From: Raillietiella orientalis
Taxonomy: Eukaryota
NCBI GenBank assembly: GCA_036172245.1
Contig: JAYWIR010000007.1
Location: 3,410,001-3,474,000, forward strand
Length of the DNA: 64,000 bases
Reading direction: 5' to 3'
The position numbers and the translations under genes are program-made. Under the pieces are notes generated by a model. The model was not told the DNA's origin. It ran no database searches and saw nothing but the letters and a program-made list of their open reading frames with translations. Shown piece by piece: positions 49,551 to 61,511 of this stretch; within the stretch, counting starts at the first letter, position 1; every line of letters starts with the position of its first letter.

Positions 49551-51498
49551 TTCAGAGAATTCAATGAGAATTCATCTCCTCGCAAAAATATTCTGCTAAT
49601 TTTCATAGTTACTTATTGAATAATCGCAAAAACTGATACCCTGTTGTCGGACAGTGTCCAGTCCGATTTAAATTGAGCTTATACAGCACCTCCCACCAAG
49701 CTTGCAGTTTGTATTTACCATTAGTTCCAAAGAAAAACTCATACATTTATTTTTTTTGTTTTCTTGCAAATTCTTAATTGAATAAATTATCATTTTATCT
49801 ATTTGCCTGAGAATACCTTCCTTCAGCCATTCAGGATTATATCTGCAGCAAACATTGGTCTTTTTGATCATCATCTACTTTATGCGTGCAGTTTGAAACT
49901 TATGGAAACTTTAGAATTGATCGAAAAATCACATAATTAAAAATATGGCTACTTGCAGTTTCTGCTGACGAAGTGAAAGTAGCTCAGTTGGAACTTATGA
50001 GAAAAGTATAGGGTGGAGAAAGCTGAAAGCATGTGAACTGCTGTTCCATTCAAAATTGTATTATTCCCGACAAACAGTCTTTCAACTACACTCTGGGATT
50101 CTTGTTAGGTCTTGAAACCTCTGGAAATAAACTTGAACTTAGCCCTTGCACGATATGCGTATTGATATCAGATTTCTGGATGCAGCCGTTTTTTAAAAAG
50201 ATTTAAAAGATACGGATTAAAAGGGTCTCAATGCTGTTTTATTATGCTAGATATGCCCGAAAAACTACTCATAGTCATTTATTTCAAGGAACGATGTACA
50301 TAAAACATTTAGAGCTATCTTTTTCAAAATAACATATGACATAAAATGCCTAAATGCTTCTACCGCTTGGAGGAAGCAACTCTTGAAGCCACTGTTAAAT
50401 GATTGGGTTTCGCTTTTTCCGTTATTATGGATGGTTAGAAGGTCATCAGATAGACTTTTCAGCTCTCTTTTAATTCTGAGGAACAGGAAAAAATCTATCT
50501 GAAAAATCGGCGGAATGTAAAGGGTGCACATCACAAGACGACTTCTTTCCGCTGACGATTTTTGAATGGAAACAGTATGTGAAAGAGAGTTTCGGTGATG
50601 GCGTAGGCATCGTCACAGTGCTTATGGTACTTTTTCCATAACCTCATTCTTCATTCGAATTTCGAAACTCTTTATAAAAGACCTGCTTTAGTTGTTCGAT
50701 TACTTTGTTCAAATTCACAATGAATGATACATGAAATGAAGTTTTAGAACTTTTTCATCACGTTTTCGCACATTCAGGTCTTGCAATTTCGCTTTGTAAA
50801 AACCAGAAGTAATCTGGTCTAATGTGTTCTCTATCATATTTCTATTTATACCATATTTAATTTCATGAACTCTACGCTAACTCCACTTGATTATTTATCA
50901 TCCTAGAATCAGACTTTGTGTATAGAATTTAACGAAACGTTCTGCGAAGTAAAAAAGTAATAATTTAATGATTTTTCATATCTTTTTGAATCAGTGCATG
51001 TTCGAAGTATTTTTGTGATGATAACGAAATTAATGCACTGTTCCGAAGGGTGGTGATCTTAATTTCTTATTATCTGGAAATTTGGAACCCTGCAGCCTGC
51101 ATGTAGGGTTATGCCGAAGAAACCCCGAGTCTCCAAACGGCCTTTCGCAAATCGTCTGCCTGCAGAAGTAACGGAAATTTGCGATAACTTTCGTCGGTTT
51201 TTGGACAAGCGAGAGTCCGCGTATGGCATTTTTGCTCACTGGATGTGAGGAAGCAAATTTTGGGAATCTTTTGTTTTTTTAAGCATAAATTCAAGCTGTA
51301 ACGAGCATCCGGAATCAGAGAATCAGAAAGGTAGTAATACTGCACGAAATCAGTAATATTTGACGGAATTCGTTTTTTGTTAACGTGTTAAAAACGATAA
51401 CCTGTGGAGAAAATTAAAGAGTACTGCGATTAGAATTCATAGTAGCACTTTCTATTTTCTTTTGCATTCTTTTTTTCGTGTGTATTAGTGCATCGGCG

Positions 51499-52505
51499 AT
51501 GGAGGAGGTGCAACGTATTTCTTCAAAAATAAAGGAGGCAATCGAACATGTATTCAAAGTATTCAATTGTTTAGTGGAATTGCACCCAGGTATTTGGAAA
51601 ACTATTCTGTAGTATTGCAGTGTTCAAATCCATAGGATAACTGCTTTTTTGAAGATAATTTTTTTTCCTATAGAACGAAGTGGTGAAGAAAATATAAACT
51701 TACTTAAAAAAATCTTGACTGCATTACTTATTCAGGATGAAGTTTTGAGAGAGTACAGCACCTCAATGAAGAAAAAGGTTGCAGGAATCAGGAAACAGTA
51801 TGAAGGAAAACCAGAGCTTATAAACAAACAGTTCATACATACAGTAAGTTTTTGTAATGAAAGATTGGGATTTTATGCACAGAAGCACAAAATCTGCAAA
51901 ATATTGAAACTCTTTCCAACTTTTTTGGAACACCTGTGTATCCTAGGAAGTGATGAAAGTTGTTGATGCTTGCATAGCAGGATCAGCAAAGTTTGCAAAG
52001 GGAACACAAACAAATCCCGTTTACACAAAGTTGGAAAGGCTAATTGCAGCTAATTGCGAAAGTAAGCCGTAGTTTTCACTGTGAATGAGACACTAGCAAA
52101 TTAACGTTTTTCTGATGCTATTAACATTCATCTCTTCAGCAGATCATGAAACTCAACCTTGTGTTGATAGTCATGTGGATGTTACTGTTACTTCTTCTCA
52201 ACAAATTATTCTTGATCCTTTCACCAAGCAAATTATGAAAAGACCAGTTAAAAATATACATTGTGGACATTCTTATGATTACGAAAGTGTGAAAACTGTC
52301 ATGAAGCAGAAGAGAAACCTCAAGTAAAATGAAGGTATGTAATGTAAACTGTATTTACATGCTGCTATTCAGGTGTCCATATGCTGGGTGCAAAAATTCT
52401 CGTGTATTAAAAGAAGATGATTTGACAGAAGATCTTCAGTTAGCAAAGTACATTAGAGCAATTCATCTCCAAAAACTTCCCAAAACAAATCTTTCCAGAA
52501 ATTGA
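51499..52505 (+). CDS. NSMCE2: E3 SUMO ligase NSE2/Mms21; exons 51499-51589, 51674-51843, 51947-52061, 52140-52323, 52373-52505
   Basis: SP-RING DPFTKQIMKRPVKNIHCGHSYD..KCPYAGC preceded by a helical N-terminus; all splice phases are consistent. Confidence 0.9.
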
Positions 52506-52567
52506 TGCATGTTTACAATTAACTGAATTTGACATGTATGCTCTTAACAGTATTGCCTTCAATCTTT

Positions 52568-54212
52568 TTATATATTTGGAATAGATAAAAGTGTCTGTTG
52601 GCCTTGAGGGAGATAAACAATATTGCGAGAGTTTGAAAGTTGAAAAGCAATGTCTTCAGCAGCTTCCATTCTACGTAATTCAACTAATGCCTCTCCAACA
52701 TCTGAAAAGGCCTTTGCAAGTAAAGATGCAGCTTGTGCATCTCCTTCAGCAGATATAATGGCTGCTTTTTTGACTTCCTCTGCCTAAATAAGCATATTTA
52801 AACTGATCTTCAAGATATTTTATCTTACCTTCTCCACCAAATACTTTGCTCGCTCAGCATCCTGCTGGGCCACTTGTTTTAACTCCACAGCTTGTGTAAA
52901 TTCTTTTCCAAAAGTCAAATGTGTCTGGGAGAAAACAAGCATATTCAATTACCCTGGCATTGTGTTCCTTACTAAAGAAATATCATCTAAAATGAAACCA
53001 AACTGAGATGATCTTTCTGTGAGTTCTTCAGAAACACGCTGAGATACAATCTCTCTTTGTGTAATTAACTCACTAGCATCAAACTGTGCCTACAATACAA
53101 CATATATTGAGCTTCTGAAATAACCAAGTTAAAAAGTCTGCTTACAACAACTGCTTTAAGTACTTCTGTAGTAATGGAAGGCAACACTCTTTCTTCATAA
53201 TCCAATCCCAAGGTAGTATAAATATTGGGCAGTGCATCAGGTAAAGGTCTGTATAATATTCTTAAGGTAATGTTTACATTTTGCAAATCTGGAGAATCAA
53301 TATACTTTTCAGAACTTGCGAATTTTGCTGAACTTATTACGATGCATCACAAATATAGAATTAAAAAAGCTTACAAGAAATAATACAAAATTTCTGATAA
53401 TCAAATTAGAAAGTTGAAGGAAGCACACAAAAGAAAACTTCAGATCAATTTACATATTCTTCCATTTAATACACTTACCTTTACTGCCTGTGATTACAGG
53501 GACATTTTTGGGTCTTGCTCGAATATCATAAATGATGGGTTTTTGCACCCAGGGAATAAAGAAATGTGTTCCTTCTCCTATGACGGTTTTCTTTACACCA
53601 GCAAATCGATCAAAAATTACTGCCCTTTGACCTCCATCCACTACATAATGGAGAAAATAAGTACTTCAAAAACTTGAAACACCAGTCATTATTCCAATGG
53701 CAATAAATAGAGAACTCCCAACTGGTATGTACTGTGCCAAATCATTGGAAAATCTGAGACAATTGGCTTTAAAACATTTTACGATCCCCCTGCTTAAAAT
53801 ATTGTAGCTATTGAAAAGATTACAGTGCGACTGGTGACAGCAGATATTAATTTGTTTGCACATTCGGTAGTTATTTGAAACCACAGCATGCTTACGCATC
53901 TCAAAATCCATACTGCCCAACGAGTTACAATAATAAGTTATATTCATCTTAAGTTAAATAGAGTTTTAACTTGCAAGAATGAAACGAAATAACCCACTTG
54001 AAGACTTTCAATGATACAGAATACGCTACAGTTTGGCTACTGGTTCTTCGTCAGTTACCAGACATATTTATAATTTTCGGTATTTTGTGTACAATTCCTT
54101 CCAAGTACTCGCTCTTAGTATTACCATTATATAAAGCAGAATTAACAACGCCTCCAGCAATTGCGATTCCCAAACCTATCTGACCGAGACGATTCAATAA
54201 TCTTGCAGCCAT
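52568..54212 (-). CDS. PHB1: Prohibitin 1; exons 54212-54125, 53640-53479, 53288-53146, 53089-52973, 52924-52829, 52783-52568
   Basis: 273 aa: [68 protein letters not shown]. Confidence 0.97.
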
Positions 54213-57200
54213 GTTGAGTAAGATCTAAATGACACCATGTAACAGCACATGTACACAGAGGCCCTATTTCAGGATATGAATCGTACCCTCATGCGCATCA
54301 GGGTTGCCATTTTCCTTAACAACTATTACGTTTTCATGGAATTTGCTATTTGTTTGTACAGAAAATCCACTGATGACTAAATTAGTCTCTGTACAAGAAA
54401 ATATAATAATTTATCAACAAGTGCTTTTGAAAATTAATAATAAATTATAGAATAGATTTCACAAATTCACAATTTCTTTACTTAAAATATTGTGATATAT
54501 ATTGATCACATTTGAAGAGGAAACTTCAAATGTGGGATCTAAAAGGGAAAAAAATCAATTTGACACATGAATTTGCTTATGTATATCGTATTATTCATTA
54601 TGATATTGCGTAATTCCAACCTTGGTATCCGCGTTATAGCTTATAATATAAGTTCGGTTTTCTTAAGTCATCTAAGGAAACTGAACTTTTCTTCTTATCA
54701 TTTAAAGAAGTCTTTTCAATGCATCAAAGAAATTATTCTTGAGACCGATTCTTCAAGATTTCAAATCATTTCATTCCATTCAATGAGCTGAATTCAACCT
54801 TGCTTCTCTTTGATATTTCTGCTTAATCCCCACAGATCTTCTTTGAGCTCAAACGGATTTCTTATTAATATGTGTGTCTCCTAGTGATCTAGATCCCAGA
54901 AATTTGCCTCAGAGTTGTTAATGTATAGTAGAAATTAGCATGCTAGTAATTTGTTTTAGTTCTAAGCTTTCTATAATTTGTATTCTGTATTAGTTTTTGT
55001 TTCTTGCAGAAACAAAAACTGAAATCATACGTAAATTACTATGCTTATATCTTCAGAGAAAAATTATAAAAATATATGATACATATTTTTTTAAAATATC
55101 TACATCAGTATCATATGATATTATATGAACGCTTAATGGATTAGCTGTGCTTGTTATTAATCATCTTATCGAATTATTTTTTATAATAACTATACTCTAT
55201 ATATATATCAGGGGAATCACTGCTTTCAAAATTATCATCATACATTATTTATTAAGAAGGATGTATTTACAGCGTCTTCACAAAGTGGACTACACTTGAA
55301 ACACTATTAGATTTGCAAATATAATATTCCTTTATCAATTAAATAAGATCTTAAAAATTGTATGGAAATAACGAATTGACCAAGAATTCTTTCGTTAATG
55401 TATATGAAATTTCTTTTGTTCTCAAAATAGTATTTTAACTTTGTTTTGGTTTTCATTCTTGTTTACAATACTTCTGTTTCGGAAACTGCAATCGGTGCTA
55501 TCCGATGTCCAAACCCCCTTATCCAATGAATCAGGTTCCGTTCATGTGGTTGTTAAAACATTTTTCAGTATGCATACCGCCAAAGCTTATGAAGAAACCA
55601 TTGCTTGGATGGCTCAAAAATGGCCATCTATGCAATTGTTTTCAGTGACAAGATGCCGTGGACGTACGTGAACTTTTGGATTTGTTAAGCCTCCCTAGAC
55701 TCTATTCTGCTTGCCGCTTTGGTTGTTCTGTAGAAATTTCTGAAATTTGCTTGCTTGCAAGACTGAAACAAAAATGCTTGGAACTTTCGTCGAATTAAAC
55801 ACGCGATCGTCCATCAACTATAATTCTCCCCCTAGCCGATGCCAAATTTGAGAATAAATCCTTGGTTATGCTTTTTGTCTGTGTAGTCTGTGCAGTATTC
55901 TTCAGTAAAACGGGGGAATGAAATTCTGAGGATGCCTCTTCACTCAGTATTACGCTATGCTGTCCAACTTTCCCTGCTAGCTCAAACTCTCGGTGTCTCC
56001 ATGCATCTAAGGGAATTTATACCAAATGAGAATTCCTCGGGATTTCTTATTCCACTGAATTTGGAAAGGCAAACTCAGCTAATACATCACTTTCAGTAGA
56101 GTCGGAATTCAGGCAGTGCCTTTTTCTGTTTTATTTATTCAAGTCTCGTACCATTCAGTCATCATAAAGCATGAAGAACCCTGGGATGCGTTCTTCAATC
56201 CCACGCGAGCTCTTTAAACTCACATGAACTTTCGATTGAATGAGTAGCCATTAATTTTATAACACGTCGTGGTTCGTAAATATTTGCTTTATTTATCTGC
56301 TTGGGAGATGAATGATGTCGGAAAGGAATCAGGAAACAAAACTGTAGCTCATGGAAAATCACAGTCAGAGTGGTAAAGAAATACTGGACCCGAGACAAAC
56401 CCTCTGAGGTCTGTTTCGGTCCTCCCTAAATTCAGAGACCAAAAACGGTGACACGAACGGTGAATTTCAGAAACCACTAAAGTGAATGGAATATTAATGT
56501 ATCTCGTGATAACAGGTTGAAAACTTCACCTGAAGGTACGATAAGACTGAGGTAACCTTCGAATGCATCCAAGTCACATGATGAAAAGCATTCACGAGTG
56601 TTTTATTATGAAGGAAACAAAAAATGGGTCACTGAATCCAGTGAGGTAACAAAACTGTTAGTGTTTCGACACTGAAATGAAACAGCGTGCTTATGTTTTT
56701 AAATGCTGTATAGGCTGTATAGGCGAAAGGAAGAGTTGCTTCCCTAGTTTGGTATTCCTGCAAAAAGAAAACATTTTCCTTTTGACTCAAGTGTTGTGAG
56801 TGTAAAATCGGTCAAGTGCCAAGATTCTCAAGTGCAAGTGCGAGACAAAGTGTCCACTGTTAGCTGACACACTAAGTGATGGTGTACAACACCGGGTCTT
56901 AACAAAGGCGCGTTAGATGTTAAAGCTGCAACTTCCCAGTCATCTGCTGTAAACGTGCCTACTCCTTCAAGAGGTGGAGGTTGCAAAGAACATTTCATCC
57001 CAGAACCATGGAAAACGAATTGCATGTGGATCCACATGCACGTGTGACCTCTGTGTTGTGAGCACTGTCCCAAGCAAAAGTAAATAGCTGACCCATGAAA
57101 TGTGTGTCCCTTTTCTGAAGACGTGCCGTAGTGATGTATGTCTCGAATGCAAAATTCACCAGGAAGGCTTAAGGCTGGTGGCACCTGTCTGCCGAATTTC

Positions 57201-59634
57201 AACAAAAGCTAGCCGAAGATCCGATTCTGATTTCAGTCAGCTTGGTATTTTAAGTGGAGATGCGTGGCTCATTCTTCATGTTTACGTCGGTTGGGACAGT
57301 TTGAATCATGCTTTCTTGAAAAGTTAGATGATGATGGCACTGGAGGCATCTCAAAGGGTGCAGTTCAACCGGTTGCATGGATGGATATTATGCTGACCCC
57401 AGCGACATCTCAGTAGCTGCTTATCCTTGGGACGAATTCTATTCTGGAATGCTCTAAACGGATTATACTATGAATCGTCCTGGAAAATGACCTTTCGTTC
57501 ACTTTCCAACTAACAAAACTGCATATGCTTTGATTGCTGGAACGCTATCTCGATGTTACGAAGAGTAGATCTTTATAAGTAGTGAAGGAGTGATGATCGA
57601 TCTCGCAATGGAGAAAAAGTTAAGGAGTAAAAAGCAGCGTAATTTTTGATTCACTTTGTTCTGGAACTCAGGATCAAAATTAATGCAGAGACGACATTTC
57701 CTGTAATTGGTTGGGTAATTTAAATGGTTTCTACACTCAAACAGAAACCATTCAAATTGCCCAGTCATCTCTGTACATTGCATCTTCCATTACTAGAGAC
57801 TACACCAACGATGGCTGACTCCCAGTCTACATCCATGCCAACAGCTATCCTTCTGTAATCCATCTTCACCTCCTGAGCACCGTCCATTTCTTGTACGAGC
57901 AGCTGAAAGCTCAGGATTGTCACTTCTCCTTCTCCTGATAATGGTAGTCATGACCTAGCTATATCCTTTTCTGAGGACAAATATCATTCCGAACCGCAGA
58001 AGCCAGTCGGTCAGTCACGCCAACGTGCGTTTCAACTCTGCAGCTGAATTTTCCTGTTTGTTTTTCGGGTTGAGCATTTTTTTTTTTTTTTTTTTTACTA
58101 CCTCACCCTGAAGAATGGGAACTGGTCTGAAAAAGAGAACACGCCTGTAGACATTTACGGCCCTTTGATCTCACGATCCGTCGCATCGTCCATCGGAACA
58201 CTGGAAACAAAGGGTGAGAGGCTGCTGTCAGAGTTCTTCACCACAAACAACAGCCCATAGCAAAAAGGCACGTGAGCGTGGCAAACGAGGAAGAACACGA
58301 AAGCAGCAAATTATCCGGATGGTTTTCTGGCATTTGAAAGCAACAAGCCGCTTCCGTCAGCCTTTCGGTTGCCCGTTGTCCTGTAATGACATCCGGCTAA
58401 TTAAAATGTCATTCATCCTTCCTGCAGTCAGACTCCAGCCCGGGATGTGTGACCTGACGATTGGCCGCCATCAAACTTCCTCAGGTGGATCCCTCTGAAC
58501 GGGTGATCCACGGGCGCCAGAAAGAAACGCGCACGTGTAAGCGGCACGCCGCTACACTCCGTGTAGGCCCCTCACTCGGTTCCGTTCCCCGTGTTCCCGA
58601 TGCAAGGTACACCCAGAGCAGCCCGCACCTGTGCATGCGAGCTCTCCTCAGCCTGCCGAGCCCCCCCCCCCTCTCGAGTTTCGCCTCACGCAGTCGGTGT
58701 TTTACGCACGTAACGCACGTAAACGCTCGGCAACGCTTTGCTTACCCATGGAAATCATGATTTTTCCAAGCCGTGGAACAAGGAAGAGGAGGATGCAGGA
58801 GAGCGGCGGAGAAGGAAACCCGACGCTGACGCCAAAGTCGGAACGACCTGTCGTTCTGTAATGAGAAGATCCAGAGTTCCGTTCGCTCCGAGAATCCAAT
58901 GATGCCTTGCTGCTACCACGACGACAGTGGCCATGGTAAGATATTATGTTACGGGATTTCTTGTGCTAGAGGACGCGGGATTTTCGTTTCGAAAGTAACC
59001 GCAGCGGATTTCTGATGAAACGCACATGGATGCTGATTGATCGATAGATTTTTTTTTGTTCTGCCATTACGAGAATTTCTTCAGAACTGCACAGTTCCAT
59101 ATAATGTCATGCATAATCATAATAATAATGATAGTAATAATAAAACGTCCTGCTTCCATAAGGAAGATAATTAGCTTGTTGGCAAGGCGCTGCCTGTTTT
59201 CCTAATTTACATGCAGCATGGTAAGTATGACACAGAATGAAAAGTAGTTAAACGTACATTTCTTGCGTGAGGAGCAAGCAGGAAGCTTTGAGGACGAGGA
59301 GGAGTTGGCTGGAGGACGCTTTTTTCGCATTGTCCTACCAAAAAGGTCTTCACACTTGAAATCTCTATAAAGTTAGGAGCCGCAGCGCGCCTCGTAAACA
59401 GTGTAGCCACACGCTCTTCCGCACGCTCCCATAATCACCGACCTGAATCCAAGTCGGAGATTTTTTGTTACTGAAATTTTCGAGAAGATCAGCACCGAAA
59501 GTACCATCAGCAGTCTGCGTTTTCGTTTGCTCGTGCCTTCCTGCTGAAAGTGCGAAACCCAAACGTTCGGAGGGATTCTGGCTGTTCCACTTCTTTCATT
59601 TGCTGTGCTCAGAGGGCGAGACCACTTTCTAAGG

Positions 59635-61226
59635 CCGAAGAAACCCCATTTTCCACGAAGACATTGCCAAAAAAAAAAAAGAAAAGAAAAATTCGGCTTC
59701 TGAAGAGAGGCAGCTCACTTGCCGGCCTGCCGCTCCCGAGATGCCTCCGAAAATCCTCGCGTTTCTCCTTGTGGGAAAACATCTCCCTTGCCGTTCTTCA
59801 CGCCGAACGGTCTCACTCGTCTCTCTTGGCACGAAAGAATGCCGACTTCTCTTACCTCTTCGCACAGATATCTCGCTAGATCTTGTTTTTTTTTTTTTTT
59901 TTTTTGCGACTCCGGTCCTTCGATTTCCGCTCTTCCGTGACAAAACAAGCCCCCTTCATCGGTGCAGCCACAGCCCTCATTCCGTGGAATCCCAAGTCTG
60001 CTTTTCCCTCAAGCCGTGCACCTCCCCCCCTTCCCGCCTCAGACCTCCCCAGTTGCAGTTCGTTTAACAGTCTTCCTTCTCGCTGCTCAAAGCTGTTGCT
60101 CACTGTTGCGGGCAGTGAACGACGTTCCCCTCATAGCACGATGTTCGTTGAGAACGCAGTCGCTTCTGAAGAGAACGTGGAAACGCTTCGGTTGCGTGGC
60201 ACTCGCGTTTGGAGGGTCCGTCGCGGCACGCGTCAGGGAAGAGCGCAACGCGCTTGGTGGAAAGTGGCAAACGTCGAGGGTTCGCGCCCGAAAGGGGTTA
60301 CTCCCAAGGCGGAACGCAGCCAAGAGGATATCAGATGAGCAGTGGAGTCTGGAACAAGACGGACAAGGCTTGCTTTTCCCGGCAGCAGCTTCAAGGGAGT
60401 GTTCCTGTTGCCGTTGTCCCCTTTCCTGCTTCATCCCGAACGCGTTGCTTCTTCGTCTGGGGGAGCGTCCCTGTGGCGTCCTCGTTTTCGGAAACGGAGG
60501 TAACGGGATGCGTAGCGCGTCCCGCGTTCGCCGCCTCGGAGACGGGCGGGGGAGGATTCAGGGAGTGGAGTCTTTGAGCCCGATGTGCTCCCGAGGTGGG
60601 AAGACTTCGTAAGCTGCCTCCGTCGTTGCCCTCGGTCGCGTTCTGCGGCCGAGAGAGATGTCCTCTTGATGCTGCAGCGCCGCGTGGGCGCGTTCTCGGA
60701 GCAAGCAAGAGCAGCAGGTGAGACTCGCTCGCGCCGCTCGATACGCCGCGCGCCTCCATCCGCATCGACCGCCTGTCTCCACGCAACGAACGGAGCGCTG
60801 CATCATCGGTGCATGGGAAGGGTACGCCTCCAACCGGTTTCGAGGAGCGGCAGCTCCTGGGAGTCGGTGAGATCCGTGCAGCCGATGATCGCAGCCTTTT
60901 TTCACTCCCAGCGGCTGCCATCGTAAGCGTGCGTGCATGCAGCCGGAGGCAGTGGATCCCTGTGAGGGTTTGCCAAATTCAGCCCGTGGTCACTTCGCGG
61001 AAGGAAGGAAAAAAAAAAATCAGATAGCTGACTGAACCCGAAGGCGTGCACGAGGCAGGATGCTTCGAACTTCCTATCACGAAACAGGTTCATGTAGGGA
61101 TGTCGGTTGAGAAAGCTGGAATGTGGGCAGGGTCTCCTGACTTCGGCAAGAGTTCCCTCTCTTCAGAAGCTGAGCTTTTTTTTTTTTTTTTCCTAATCTC
61201 TTCGTGGAAAATGGGCTTCTTCGGAA
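59635..61226. repeat. Inverted ~90-bp repeat pair (59635-59725 and 61143-61226)
   Basis: CCGAAGAA..CCCATTTTCCACGAAGA-(A-tract)-GCTTCTGAAGAGAGG..CTTGCCG is present in opposite orientations ~1.4 kb apart. Confidence 0.7.
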
Positions 61227-61497
61227 GGAGCATGCAAGTGTCTGAATCCTCCCGGTCTGAATGGTTTACTCAGATCCTTCTGTGTCGAGTCTTTCGGCAG
61301 AATCACTCCACACCCGGAACCTCGTATCCGTACGGTCAAGGCACAGCGAAAGTCCTCTGCCCTTGCTCTGGACCACGGGAGGCGCGCGTTGTTCTCAGCG
61401 TTCTTCAGATCTACCAGCAACGTCGGGTATCGCGGTAGAGGTCTTGCCGCCCGCTTCCGCGATCTCTATCTTCAGAGTTAAGCGACTAATTTCAAAC

Positions 61498-61511
61498 GTT
61501 GCCATAACAAC
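61498..61511. promoter_or_regulatory. Candidate RFX X-box
   Basis: GTTGCCATAACAAC fits GTHNYY-AT-RRNAAC; no target gene identified. Confidence 0.25.

Noticed and set aside
55441..58000. Scattered short ORFs
   Set aside because: No recognisable protein or consistent exon chain.
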